Shown piece after piece: positions 10,222 through 20,654 of a stretch of 64,000 nucleotides of DNA. The notes below the pieces were generated by a model. It was not told where the DNA came from and did no database searches. It worked only from the letters and a program-made list of their open reading frames with translations. The stretch lies in NCBI GenBank assembly GCA_943788985.1, contig CALSSJ010000004.1:1-64000 (forward strand). Direction: 5' to 3'. Positions within the stretch are counted from its first letter, which is position 1. Each line of letters begins with the position of its first letter. The position numbers and the translations under genes are program-made. The stretch comes from an uncultured Lentisphaerales bacterium. Lineage in GTDB: Bacteria > Verrucomicrobiota > Lentisphaeria > JABSQK01 > UBA12247.

Positions 10222-10827
10222 TCAGCGGTTTGCGAACTGCGCAACCCGCAGCGCTTCGGCAACCTTCACAGCCACACGCTCATAGCCAGCATCATTGGGA
10301 TGGATCCCGTCCGACATCAGCTCGGAATTGCCGAAAACACCGTTCAGGATCTCCGAGACGTACAACACGCCCGAAGCCTCGCACAGCTTTCCGTAGTGTT
10401 TATCACGCGTCATGTTCAATGGGCCAGTCACCCCGGTAAACACTACCACCGCTCCCGTCTCCTGTAGCCCAGCAAAAATCTTGCGCAGGTTCTCCACCGT
10501 CGTATCCCAGTGCACGCGCTGGAGAATGTCATTGCCACCCAGCGTCACGATGATGATCCCATAGTCGGAGTTTGCGAACTCCGCAAGCCTGCGGACGCCG
10601 TCTGCCGTCGTGTCACCACGCTGCCCTAAGTTGACGACAGGCAAGCCCAGCATGCTCCCCAGCTGCGCCGGGTACGTCGTCTTGGCGCTCGAGGCACCCA
10701 CGCCCTCCACCAGGCTATCGCCAAAACAGGCAATCGAGGCATTGCGAGGCGGGGCATTTGTCACCACGGCCGGCTTGCCACAGCCGAAGGTGAACGCAAG
10801 AATCAGCAGTAGCCAGGCCATTCTCAT
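10222..10827 (-). CDS. SGNH/GDSL arylesterase lipoprotein
   Basis: FGDSL, GDTT, LGGND, DGIHPN motifs; lipobox-like FTFGC; ATGA overlap with the upstream gene. Confidence 0.9.
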   Translation of the reverse strand: MRMAWLLLILAFTFGCGKPAVVTNAPPRNASIACFGDSLVEGVGASSAKTTYPAQLGSMLGLPVVNLGQRGDTTADGVRRLAEFANSDYGIIIVTLGGNDILQRVHWDTTVENLRKIFAGLQETGAVVVFTGVTGPLNMTRDKHYGKLCEASGVLYVSEILNGVFGNSELMSDGIHPNDAGYERVAVKVAEALRVAQFANR

Positions 10828-11735
10828 GCGTCCACCGCGAGGCGCACACCGATCGGGAATGCCCACTGCAATTCGTTCTCCCGACCGTTCAGGCTCTGGG
10901 TGAGGCTCACGAGCTTCACTTGTCGCACCACAGCCTCCGCGTGCAGGTCCGCCGCGTGCTTCGTGCCCGGCAGGATGATCGCCGAGCCCGAGACATCGCG
11001 CAATGGTGGCGTCGCGCAGCCGGCCTGCGCAGATCGCAGCTGAGCCCGCCACGCCCGCGGCCAATCCCCAATTGCCGCGTGTCCCGTCTGGTACGGCGCC
11101 GGGATGCGTTGCGCCAGTTCGCGCGCATCCTCGCCATCATGCATCAGGCAGCACCGTGCCTCGGCAGCTGCTTCATCGTTCGCCAGATGCAGCCATTGGT
11201 AGTCGAAGGACAGTAAGTCCGGAGCGAGCAACCGGCGAGCCCCCTCCCCTGCCTCCTGCCTTCCCAACGCCGCCTCCACAACCTCGGGACAGCGTCCCGG
11301 CTCTGCACCGGTCAACGCCGCCCGCGCCAACGGTCGTACCAGCACATCCACCATTCCGAAGCAGACAGCGGTCTGCCACAACGCAGTTGCGAACTCCGCA
11401 ATCACCAGCCCGCCGTCCGCCTGATGGCAGCTGCCTAGCCATGCCGCCTCACGCACGGCAAACTCACCCAAGTCCTCAATTCCCAGCGCCCACTGTCCCA
11501 GCCAGGAAGCAGTCGCGGCAGCAGTTTCCAACCCCAAATTGTAGCGGCACGCGTCCACCAACTCCTGCAGCGCGCTCGGATCCGGCTCGCCGTCGAACAA
11601 CGCCGCTGCCTGTGCAGCCGCCTGCCAGCGACGCAGGAGCGGGCGCAGCCCTTCCTCCACCGCAGCGCAGTCCAAGGCGTCCTGCCACGTGTAGCTGCGA
11701 TCTCCGCAACGTAAAATTTCACGGGTTAGCATCAT
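10824..11735 (-). CDS. Hypothetical protein, possible degenerate PpiC/SurA-like foldase
   Basis: 303-aa helical ORF coupled to the esterase; weak recalled resemblance to PpiC-related proteins. Confidence 0.45.
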   Translation of the reverse strand: MMLTREILRCGDRSYTWQDALDCAAVEEGLRPLLRRWQAAAQAAALFDGEPDPSALQELVDACRYNLGLETAAATASWLGQWALGIEDLGEFAVREAAWLGSCHQADGGLVIAEFATALWQTAVCFGMVDVLVRPLARAALTGAEPGRCPEVVEAALGRQEAGEGARRLLAPDLLSFDYQWLHLANDEAAAEARCCLMHDGEDARELAQRIPAPYQTGHAAIGDWPRAWRAQLRSAQAGCATPPLRDVSGSAIILPGTKHAADLHAEAVVRQVKLVSLTQSLNGRENELQWAFPIGVRLAVDA

Positions 11736-11747
11736 GAATGATTCAGG

Positions 11748-13865
11748 TCAGCTTTGGTAGTAGGTGTCATACATGCGGGCTCCGAGACGTTCGACACTCG
11801 TTCCTGCGCGCCGAAGTAGTAAGTACGCGGAAACCAGCTTCAACACCTGTAAGGTATAGCCCGGGAAACGCTTTTTCTCCCAGCGCCGCGTGGATACCTG
11901 CAAGCAGGCCCCCAGGCTGGCCCGCATCGGCTCATCTGCCAGCCTCAGTGAAAGCTCCACGTCCTCCATCAGCTTGATCCGCGGCATCCCCACGCGGTTC
12001 AGCACATCCCGCCGCAAGAACATACCCTGATCCCCAAACGCGATGCCGCCCAGATGAAAACGCAGGCGGTTGCTCAGCTCGATCACATGCATCTTCGGAG
12101 TTGCGTCAATGTAAGTATGCCCAAGAATGCCCCAGGCCAGCCCGGGGCGGTTTGCGAACTTCGCAACTAGCCGCTCGATGGTGGACACGGCAACCTTCGA
12201 ATCTGCGTGCAACATCAGCACCACGTCGCCCTCGCCACGATCCACGCCCAGTCCCATCTGCCCCCCGCGCCCGCACGAGTCTGACTCGAGCAAAGTCAGG
12301 TCGTATTCCCTGGCAATCTCACACGTGCGGTCCGTGCTCTTCCCATCGATCATAAACACGCGGACCTGCCACGGGTTCTCGCTGCGCCGATGCTGCTCAA
12401 TCGCGGCAAACAAGCTATCCAAATGCTCGCGCAACGAGCGTTCCTCGTTGCGAACCGGCAGGACAATATCCAGCGACCGCGGTTCCTCGGCCAGACTCAG
12501 CTGTTGTCCGCCCCGGCTCAGACTACGCCACAACGCCACCAGGCACGGCCCCCAGACCAGCAGCCAGACCATCGGATACTCGCGCCACACCCCATCCACC
12601 AGCTGCACATGCAACACCCAGAACGTCGCACACAGGCCCATTTGAAAAACCAGCCACGGCCACGATGGTCGCAGAATTAGCAGCGCGGCCAGCGGCACCG
12701 CGTACCACGGATGCACCGTGGGCAGGAAGGCCAGCAGCCACATCCAGCAGATCGCAATCCCGCTCAACGGCGCATCCTGCTTCACCAGCCAGGTCGCCCC
12801 AAAAGCCGCCAAGAGCGTGGCCACAGTCACCAGCGGTGCCCAGCCCCCGGCTACTACGCGAAACACCTTCGGCAACAAATCGTTGTAATGCATCTCACCG
12901 GCAAAGACCAGCAGCGACGTTAGCGTCGAATCTCCAGCAAACGGCACATAACTGCACAGCGGCAACGCCACACACCACGCCCACTTCCAGTTCTTCCGCG
13001 TCACCAAAAACGGCAGTGCGAGGATCGCAAAAAACTTCACCAAGATTGCCAGCCCCAGCGTGACAAAGCCAAGAGCAGCAAAGCGGCTGTGACGCAGCAA
13101 CAGCAACGCCACTGCCAGCCACAGCACCTGCAGCCCATCAAAATGTCCCTCCCCGGCCACAAACAACAGCACCAGCGGATTCCACGCATACAGCGCCAGG
13201 CGATCCATTGGCAGCCGCTCTCGCGCCAGCAACATCGCCAGCAGCACCAACGCCAGCAGGTCCAGCAGAATCAACTGCCCCTTGATCATCAGCAAGCTCA
13301 TTGCGCTGTCGGCCGGTACGCCCAGCCCCGTGGACACCGCCATCATCGCCCGAAACGTCAGCATTGTCACTGCTGGATAGGCCGCTGGGAGGTCCCGATG
13401 ATTCATTCCCTCAAACATCACCTTTCCCGCTTGCTCCGCTGCGAAGTTCGCAGGTGCGTGGGCATACGGATTGATCCCGGCCAGCTGCTGCTGCCCTTCC
13501 CAGACATAGCGATAGACATCATCCGAGATCTCCTGCGGCAGAAAGGCGACGCGCAACACCACCCCGACCAGCACGATAAACCATGCCTTCTCCAACAAAG
13601 CGGGCTTTTGCGAACTTCGCAACACCAGCAATGCGAGGATCGTAAAACCAGCCACGTAGAGCGAGGCGGCAAGGAACGGGTGCTCAGCCGGCCGGACGAA
13701 CAGTCCAAGAGAAGAAAGTATGCCAATCAAGGCGAAGAGAAGCGCGAAGTACAAGAGGCAGTTGCTTTCCAGGTATTGCAATGGCGGGACGGTCGGTGAA
13801 TATACATGCATCCCACACGTCACAATGGTGTCTCCGACTTGAAACTGCACACTCCGCGAATACAA
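11748..13865 (-). CDS. Fusion of membrane GT-C (GT87/DUF2029-like) and C-terminal GT2 (TIGR04283-like) glycosyltransferases
   Basis: SDDVYRYVWEG, YAWNPL, GEGHFD, PTVHPWY (GT-C); IVLPVRNE, IDGKSTD, LHADS, FGDQGMF, MEDVELS, STRRW (GT2); start uncertain. Confidence 0.8.
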   Translation of the reverse strand: MYSRSVQFQVGDTIVTCGMHVYSPTVPPLQYLESNCLLYFALLFALIGILSSLGLFVRPAEHPFLAASLYVAGFTILALLVLRSSQKPALLEKAWFIVLVGVVLRVAFLPQEISDDVYRYVWEGQQQLAGINPYAHAPANFAAEQAGKVMFEGMNHRDLPAAYPAVTMLTFRAMMAVSTGLGVPADSAMSLLMIKGQLILLDLLALVLLAMLLARERLPMDRLALYAWNPLVLLFVAGEGHFDGLQVLWLAVALLLLRHSRFAALGFVTLGLAILVKFFAILALPFLVTRKNWKWAWCVALPLCSYVPFAGDSTLTSLLVFAGEMHYNDLLPKVFRVVAGGWAPLVTVATLLAAFGATWLVKQDAPLSGIAICWMWLLAFLPTVHPWYAVPLAALLILRPSWPWLVFQMGLCATFWVLHVQLVDGVWREYPMVWLLVWGPCLVALWRSLSRGGQQLSLAEEPRSLDIVLPVRNEERSLREHLDSLFAAIEQHRRSENPWQVRVFMIDGKSTDRTCEIAREYDLTLLESDSCGRGGQMGLGVDRGEGDVVLMLHADSKVAVSTIERLVAKFANRPGLAWGILGHTYIDATPKMHVIELSNRLRFHLGGIAFGDQGMFLRRDVLNRVGMPRIKLMEDVELSLRLADEPMRASLGACLQVSTRRWEKKRFPGYTLQVLKLVSAYLLLRRAGTSVERLGARMYDTYYQS

Positions 13866-13897
13866 CGCTCGACCACAAACTAAAGAGGACCAACCTG

Positions 13898-14683
13898 ATG
13901 AACTTTTTCCTAAGCTTCACCTTCGCCTTTCTGGCGACTCTCCTGCCAGCCACGGCCACCGACTTCGACCAGAGCCACAGCAAGTGGCACGCGGATCTGC
14001 AACTGCACGTCAAAAATGGCTCAGTCAACTACCAAGCCTGGTCCGCGGACCCCAAGCGGCTAGACGCCTATTTAAAGGAACTGGAACAAGCGCAGCCTGG
14101 AACCTGGACGAGCGACGAGAAGCTGGCCTTGTGGATCAATGCCTATAACGCCTGGACCGTGAAGCACATTCTCAATTACTATCCATTCACCGCGGCCAAG
14201 CGCACCAGCAAGCGCTTTCCGGTCAACAGCATTCGTCAGGTCAAGGGCATCTGGAAAGAGTTCAAGATGGACGTGGCTGGGCGCAACCTGAGCTTGGACC
14301 AGATGGAGCATGAAATCATGCGCAAGGAACACAAAGAGCCGCGCATTCACTTCGCCATCGTCTGCGCCAGCATTGGCTGTCCCTCACTGTCCAACGAAGC
14401 GTTTGTGCCCCAGAAGCTGGAGAGCCAGCTCACCGAGCGCGCTACGCACTTCAGTCGCGACAAGAGTAAGAATCGCGTAGATCATGCCGACCGCAAAATC
14501 TATTTATCGAAAATTTTCGATTGGTTCGGCGGTGATTTCGATAGCTTTGCCGAGGGCAAGCAGAAGGGAACAGTCAGCTTTGTCGCCAAGCATCTCCCCA
14601 CTCCGGACAAGCGCAAAGTGCTCGGCGGCAAGCCCTACTCGATCGGCTATCTGGACTACGATTGGTCCCTGAACGGGGAATAG
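13898..14683 (+). CDS. Secreted DUF547 domain protein
   Basis: LALWINAYNA, EPRIHFAIVCASIGCP, LSKIFDWFGGDF, YDWSLN; AGAGGA RBS. Confidence 0.9.
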   Translation: MNFFLSFTFAFLATLLPATATDFDQSHSKWHADLQLHVKNGSVNYQAWSADPKRLDAYLKELEQAQPGTWTSDEKLALWINAYNAWTVKHILNYYPFTAAKRTSKRFPVNSIRQVKGIWKEFKMDVAGRNLSLDQMEHEIMRKEHKEPRIHFAIVCASIGCPSLSNEAFVPQKLESQLTERATHFSRDKSKNRVDHADRKIYLSKIFDWFGGDFDSFAEGKQKGTVSFVAKHLPTPDKRKVLGGKPYSIGYLDYDWSLNGE

Positions 14684-14720
14684 ATTTCTTCGTTTGGAGT
14701 GACTTCGTTTGGGCCCAGAC

Positions 14721-16682
14721 TCACGGGCGCACGACCTCGCGCTGGCGCAGCTCCGCGATAAACTGCGACATTTTCACGCTCTCGCGCCCACTGTTTAGCG
14801 CCAGGGCTGAGACATGCACCTGCGGCCGGGCGACCTCGTACGCGTGCGGATCCTTGGCCAGCTGAAGCGGCATTTCGGCATGGGCAATCCCGACTGCGGA
14901 CTCCGCACTCCGGCCACGAACTGCTGCCAGGGCACGCGCCGGACGAGTCCAATAGCCACGCGGATTTGCCGAGTTTCGGTCCATGCGATCGTCGGGGTCC
15001 GCCATCACGAGATAGGAAGAATACGGCGTGCGAATCTCGTGGGCATCGGACAGGCCCGCCAGCTCCTCACGCAGCTCTCGCGAGTCACCATCCAAACGCA
15101 GTTGGGACATCAACGCCCCAATCCGACGGGCAGCCCACAGGTGAGGCACATGCGCGGTGGTTGCGGAGTCCGCAAGCTCCAGCATGTAAACCCACTCGCG
15201 AGGCTGGGCATTCACCATGCCCTGCAGTCTGATCGGGACCCTCCCGGAGCCTTCGTAACGCCCGGTGATAATCAGCTGTTGGCCGTCAGTAAGATCAGGA
15301 ATTTGAGCGGGATACAAGCCGCTGAGGGTCGCGTGGCGGGAGACCAACTGCACGTCGGTCAGCACCGGTCTGGCACGCGTTGCGAAGTTCGCAGCGATCG
15401 CCGCACTGGCATCTTCGCCATCGGCGTAAAACTTGGTGGTTCCGCCGCTCATGGCGGCAAGCTTATCGAACAAGCGCGCCGGGACATCAGCGCCAAGCGC
15501 GCATGTGTAAATTCGCGACGGCGGGCCGGGGAACTGGTGGGCACGGACCTCGCTCTCGAACAGACGTACGAAGGTCTTCCCCACCGTGGGCCGACCGTCG
15601 GTCACCCACAGCACACTGAACGGGCGGGAAGCGGCCGTACGCATCATTAGCGCCGGAAAAAGAGCTTCCGACATCGCGGTCCCGCAGCGGGGCACGGCTT
15701 GCCCGATAAACTCGAGCGCGTCTCGCTTTCGGTCCATGCCGACGAGGTCTTCGGCGAGCATCTCGACTTCCACGCCAATGCGCATGACATTGAAGCGGTC
15801 ATCGGGCCGAAGCAGGTTAATACAGGCGCAGATGGCCTGTTGCGCTTCTTGAAAGCGCGCGCCTTTCATGCTCCCGGAGGTATCCAGCAGGAAGATGATG
15901 TCCTGCGGAACCAGCCGATCACTCGGCGTGCGTAGTTGCGGCACCACAGACAACTGAAAATAGCCAGGTTGCTCGCTGTCGGTCCGATGACACAGTAGGT
16001 CGACACCAATCTCACCGTTAGCCGAAGAAACGTAGAGGATTAAGTCCTGGTCGGTATGGCCCAAGGACCAGGCGGCTTCGTGATTGGTCCGGCGCAGCAG
16101 GTCAATGCTGTGGCTGGGTGACATCACCGACTTCAACGGCTCCGTGGTGCGCACGCTGGCTTCGAACGAGAAGCTCTGCACGAGCCGACGTTCGCGTACT
16201 CCACCTGCCAGCGGGCAGCGATAGGTGGCGAAACTTCCGGCGCTACCAAGCGCATGCTCGTAGGTAAGCTCGAGAGTTAGGCCTTCCGCTGGCACCTCCG
16301 GCAACGACACGACCAGCAGGCTCCCCGTGAGCTCTCCCCACCAGGCGGGATGGCCCGCGGCACGCCACTTTTTCACCGCTGCTTCGCTGCCGAGAATCTC
16401 ACCGGCGTATGGCTTGGTGCCCAAGTACGCGTAGCAGCGATCGACTTCGACACCAGCAGGAAAGGCAAACAGAAACTCACCGGCGAGAGACTGCCGATGC
16501 TCGTTCTCAAAGGTGTGCGTCATCTTGGTGACGGCATGATTGTCCTCGATTCTAACGACCGTGTGGCACTCGGTGAGTGGGAGTGGCGGGAGTGCACGGT
16601 CACTCGGAGCGAACACGCCGAGCGCGAATATGCTTTGTGCGATCAACGCCAGCAGAATGCCGATTACCGGTTTCATCATCAT
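14721..16682 (-). CDS. VIT + vWA domain protein (inter-alpha-trypsin inhibitor-like)
   Basis: N-terminal VIT pattern; MIDAS LLDTSGSM and VTDGRPT; HLWAARRI. Confidence 0.85.
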   Translation of the reverse strand: MMMKPVIGILLALIAQSIFALGVFAPSDRALPPLPLTECHTVVRIEDNHAVTKMTHTFENEHRQSLAGEFLFAFPAGVEVDRCYAYLGTKPYAGEILGSEAAVKKWRAAGHPAWWGELTGSLLVVSLPEVPAEGLTLELTYEHALGSAGSFATYRCPLAGGVRERRLVQSFSFEASVRTTEPLKSVMSPSHSIDLLRRTNHEAAWSLGHTDQDLILYVSSANGEIGVDLLCHRTDSEQPGYFQLSVVPQLRTPSDRLVPQDIIFLLDTSGSMKGARFQEAQQAICACINLLRPDDRFNVMRIGVEVEMLAEDLVGMDRKRDALEFIGQAVPRCGTAMSEALFPALMMRTAASRPFSVLWVTDGRPTVGKTFVRLFESEVRAHQFPGPPSRIYTCALGADVPARLFDKLAAMSGGTTKFYADGEDASAAIAANFATRARPVLTDVQLVSRHATLSGLYPAQIPDLTDGQQLIITGRYEGSGRVPIRLQGMVNAQPREWVYMLELADSATTAHVPHLWAARRIGALMSQLRLDGDSRELREELAGLSDAHEIRTPYSSYLVMADPDDRMDRNSANPRGYWTRPARALAAVRGRSAESAVGIAHAEMPLQLAKDPHAYEVARPQVHVSALALNSGRESVKMSQFIAELRQREVVRP

Positions 16683-18133
16683 ACCTGCAAGGCTTCAAGT
16701 TGTGGCCAGAATTCCGGACCGGTATTGGATTGTGGCTCACCTGGCGTGCTGCGCCCCGCGGTTACGTACTGCCGCATGAGCGCGCCCAACTCGGCCACAA
16801 TCTCAGGATGCTCAGCCTCCAGATTAGCCCGCTCGCCGACATCTGCCTCCAGATCATAAAGCTGAATTGATGGCAAGCCTTGGAGGTCGTCGCTGCCGGG
16901 GCGGGGAAAACTCCAGCCGCCAGATCCGGGACAAAATTCGAGCTTCCAGCACCCCTTACGTATGGAAAATGAGCCATTGATCGAATGGTGTACGGTGGCT
17001 TCGCGCACCGGGTCCGCTGCAGAACCGCGCCACAAACCGAGGTTGCTGACGCTGTCCTCGGCGGCGTGATTTGGGAGGGAAACGTCGTGAATGTCAGCGA
17101 CGGTCGCCAGCAGATCGGCCAGGCAGACCGTCTCGTCACAGCTGGTTCCAGCCTGGATTGCCGCTGGCCAACGCGTGAGCAACGGGATCCGGTGGCCGCC
17201 TTCGTAGATGTCCGCTTTGTGCCCGCGAAAGTGATAACTGGGCTGGTGCCCCACAGCGGCGAGCGCCTCAAAATCTGCCTGCGGACTACAGCCATTGTCG
17301 GCCGTGAAAATAAGGATCGTGTTCTCGGCCACACCGGCCTCTTCGAGTGCCACCATAACCTGGCCGACGACGTCATCGGTCATCAGGCAAAAGTCACCAT
17401 AGGCATTGGTGCCACTGGCTCCCTCAAAGGCCGCGGACGGCAGAATTGGCGTATGTGGCGAAGGCAGCGGCATGTAGGCATAGAAGGGTTGCCCGATGGC
17501 CGCCTGCTCTTGGATGAATGCGCAGGTGCGTGAGGTAATCTCGGGCAACACTTGCTCAGGAATCAGATCTGCAGCAATCTCGCCAGCACGCATGAACCGC
17601 TGGCCAGTGTAGCCCTCTTTCTCTGGATCCAACCGACGGATGTCCGTCGTCGTCGGCTGGTCGTCCTCGACCCAGACATAGGGAGGAAAGTCTAGCGAAG
17701 CGGCAATGCCGAAGAAGTGGTCGAATCCATGCGCAACCGGCCCGCCCTTCACAGCTCGGGAGAAGTCCAATTCGCCGTCGCTGTCACGGCCCCATTCCCA
17801 GCCCAGATGCCATTTGCCGAAGCAGGCTGTCGCGTAGCCTTGGTCCCGCAGAAAAGACGCCACTGTCATGCGGTCGTCCTCAAGCAACGGCGAGCCGTAT
17901 CCATTCAAGACGCCAGACTTGAGCGTGGAGCGCCAGTTATAGCGCCCAGTCAGCAGGCTGTAGCGCGACGGCGTGCAGACCGCAGATGTGGAGTGCGCGT
18001 CCTTGAAGGACATTCCTTCGCTCGCCATGCGGTCGAGATGCTGGGTCTGGATCTTCGAGTTCTCGTTCAGGCAGGACAGGTCGCCGTAGCCCATGTCGTC
18101 CGCAAGGATGTATACCAGATTCGGTTTATTCAT
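16679..18133 (-). CDS. Arylsulfatase (Cys-type)
   Basis: PNLVYILADDMG, CTPSRYSLLTG, GKWHLG, ADNG, YEGGHRIP. Confidence 0.95.
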   Translation of the reverse strand: MNKPNLVYILADDMGYGDLSCLNENSKIQTQHLDRMASEGMSFKDAHSTSAVCTPSRYSLLTGRYNWRSTLKSGVLNGYGSPLLEDDRMTVASFLRDQGYATACFGKWHLGWEWGRDSDGELDFSRAVKGGPVAHGFDHFFGIAASLDFPPYVWVEDDQPTTTDIRRLDPEKEGYTGQRFMRAGEIAADLIPEQVLPEITSRTCAFIQEQAAIGQPFYAYMPLPSPHTPILPSAAFEGASGTNAYGDFCLMTDDVVGQVMVALEEAGVAENTILIFTADNGCSPQADFEALAAVGHQPSYHFRGHKADIYEGGHRIPLLTRWPAAIQAGTSCDETVCLADLLATVADIHDVSLPNHAAEDSVSNLGLWRGSAADPVREATVHHSINGSFSIRKGCWKLEFCPGSGGWSFPRPGSDDLQGLPSIQLYDLEADVGERANLEAEHPEIVAELGALMRQYVTAGRSTPGEPQSNTGPEFWPQLEALQV

Positions 18134-18316
18134 GCAGCCAATTCCTCATTTCGCACAGTAATCGGTAGCCAACCATGTACCGCGATTTTAGATGGTCAAT
18201 AAATAGAAGGAAAACTTTTTCGAAACTATTTGACATCATTTGATCACCAAATCAGACATATGATATTCTGCGATCCTTAAAGATTCAAAAACACGGATTG
18301 CGAGGAGGAGCGAGTC

Positions 18317-19784
18317 ATGGGCAGCGTGATACCAGAACCAATCAAGGGCCGGGTTTTCACCCGGAATCTGCTGGAATTCAATCGGCTCCTTGTAGGGAGC
18401 CCCGTGTTGCTGGCAGCGGGGATGTACGGCTTGTGGAGCGACGCCTCATGGCGTGGCGAGATGGAACATCTGCAGATGAACCTGCTCTCGTTGTCCGGGT
18501 ACGAGCTGCTGCTGATCGTCGGGGCGGTGTGGTTGGCCTCACGCAAGCTTTGGTACGATGCACTCCTTCTTGCGGGGCGGGACGCGCTGCCGCTGTTCGT
18601 GCCGTCTGTGCTGCTCAGTACTGCCAGCTGGCTCGATGCCCATGTCGGTCCTGCGATCATCGCACTCTGCGCGTCGGCTGGCGTGGCCACGATTGCAAAG
18701 TTTGCACTGCTTAAGTGGCGGCTTCGAGGCCTGATTCTACCCCGGAGCCTGATTGTTATCGCCGGCGAGTGCGCCGATGCCCGCTCGTGGTACTTCCAGG
18801 CCGCGCTCTGTCTGGTGGCGCCGTTTCTAGTCGTACTCGGAGCCGCGCTACCAATCCGCCGCGAAGATCGTTCACGCCTGTGTTCTCACGCCGGGATTCC
18901 GCTGGTCTTTCATGCCTTCTGGTGTGGCGTGACCTTTCTCATTTCTGGGCGCTCAGCTACGTCTATGGCTCGGATTTTCCACGGCCACTGCTGCTGCCTT
19001 CCTGCTGGGTGTTCTGCTTGCTGCTCAACTATCGCTGGCAACAACTCAGTCACGAACAACGGCCATCACCTTCATGGCTGGTTGTCCTGTCGATCCTGGT
19101 CAGGTTCGGCGCACTCAGCAGCTCCAATGCCGTTCCTGAGCTCGCCTTAGGCATGTCAGTCCTGAATGTGATGCTCTACGGCTATCTCCGAGAGCGAGTC
19201 AGCCTCGTCTGGCGTGCCTTGGCGGTGGTGGCCGCACTCGGCTCAATGGGTGCGCCCTGGCAATTCGCTGGATACGATCTCGATTACTGGTTCTTTGGCA
19301 GCACGGCTAGGAATGATTCTCTCGCTTACCACCGTATTCTGGGCTGTGCTGCAACCGAGTGCCAGAGCCTCAATCTGTGCCATAATCGTGCTCTCCAGCT
19401 CCACGTCGACGCTGGGATGGCACCCGAACTGGTCATACAGCTGAATATTGTCGCGCTGTTGCTTCACCCCTCTACTGGAATCCCACACATCTGGGGCGCG
19501 ACCTGAGCCGTGGCGCTGCTTCCACCTGTTGGGTGCTGCATACGATCTGCTGGTTGCGCTGGGGCAAGGAGGGGATCAATCCTGCGGCAGTCACGCCGCT
19601 TCTGGCTCTCATTGTGATCGAGACCTACTTTGCCTATTGGCAGATAACGGCGATCCGCCCACCCCGGACCGTGCTGCAAGGCGACATCGGAGTCTGGGCC
19701 TGCAAGAAGGAAATCATCCTGGCGCAGCTCTACGCAGAAAAAGAGCCCATTCAGGATCCAGCCGTAGTTCAGGCGCATGCCTGA
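18317..19784 (+). pseudogene. Multiply frameshifted polytopic membrane protein of unknown function
   Basis: Hydrophobic coding segments alternate across frames (18317-, 18715-, 19214-, 19533-19784). Confidence 0.55.
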
Positions 19785-19904
19785 GCCCTTGGCCGTTCCG
19801 CACTATCATGGCGCAAAGATGCGTTCGCTGGGCATATTGGACAGCTCCAACGCAGACCCCACAGCGAGTACGTTCTGGAACCCGCCTCCGACTCTCACAT
19901 CTCT

Positions 19905-20534
19905 GTAAGCCCGCACGTCCCCCGTGCCATAGACGGCTTCGCGTATTGCTGCGCGGCGCTGGCCGTCATTCTGCTGCATGGCCCGCTAGCAACAAGCGTC
20001 GGTGGCATGATCCAGGTTCTGGCGCTGATCCCGCTCGTCGGGATCACCCGCTGTGCGTTCCAATTGCCGATTTCCAAGGGGCCGAAGCTGGCCAAGCGTG
20101 CGTGGCGCATTCGTTGCCTGTCCCTGCTTGTGGCGGGTACGGCGCCGCTGGCCGCGCAGTGGCCCGTGGCGCCGGACCTGATTTATTTGTTTCTAAATGC
20201 AACAATGTTCTACCTCTGCAGCGCATTGCTTCTGTTTGAGACTTTGGCGCTAGCCGCCAGCCTGCAGCAACAGCTTTTGCCACGTATGGCCGGTGCCATT
20301 CGCACCTTCGCGCTGGTTGCCCTAGCGGCACCTATTTCCTTTGCCGCAGCAACTCTCTGGGCAGTGGTGAGCAACACCCGCGACGCGCAGCAGTGGATTC
20401 CGGCGTGGGAGATCTACCGCACCGTATCGCATTTCCTGCCTACTCTGGCCTTAGCTACTGGCAGCGCATTGCTGGTGAGCACCTTCTTCCTCCTTACGAC
20501 GGCGAACGTCCTGACGAGCCACCGAGAGCAGTAG
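19905..20534 (+). CDS. Hypothetical membrane protein (5' part probably frameshifted)
   Basis: Hydrophobic ORF 20007-20534 extends upstream in frame (VSPHVPRAIDGFAYCCAALAV). Confidence 0.45.
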   Translation, partial: VSPHVPRAIDGFAYCCAALAVILLHGPLATSVGGMIQVLALIPLVGITRCAFQLPISKGPKLAKRAWRIRCLSLLVAGTAPLAAQWPVAPDLIYLFLNATMFYLCSALLLFETLALAASLQQQLLPRMAGAIRTFALVALAAPISFAAATLWAVVSNTRDAQQWIPAWEIYRTVSHFLPTLALATGSALLVSTFFLLTTANVLTSHREQ

Positions 20535-20654
20535 CCAGCTGGAGCAGGCCACCGAGAACGCTGCTGCCGAAGCAGGACTGGACAACGAAAGGAAAAAAGC
20601 GCTGGTTTCGCGCATGTCTGGGGTCTCCCGTTCCGTGCGGCTAAGGCATTCTGT

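Noticed and set aside
18225..18270. Promoter/operator (TTGACA, repeated ATTTGA)
   Set aside because: No properly spaced -10 and no assignable regulator
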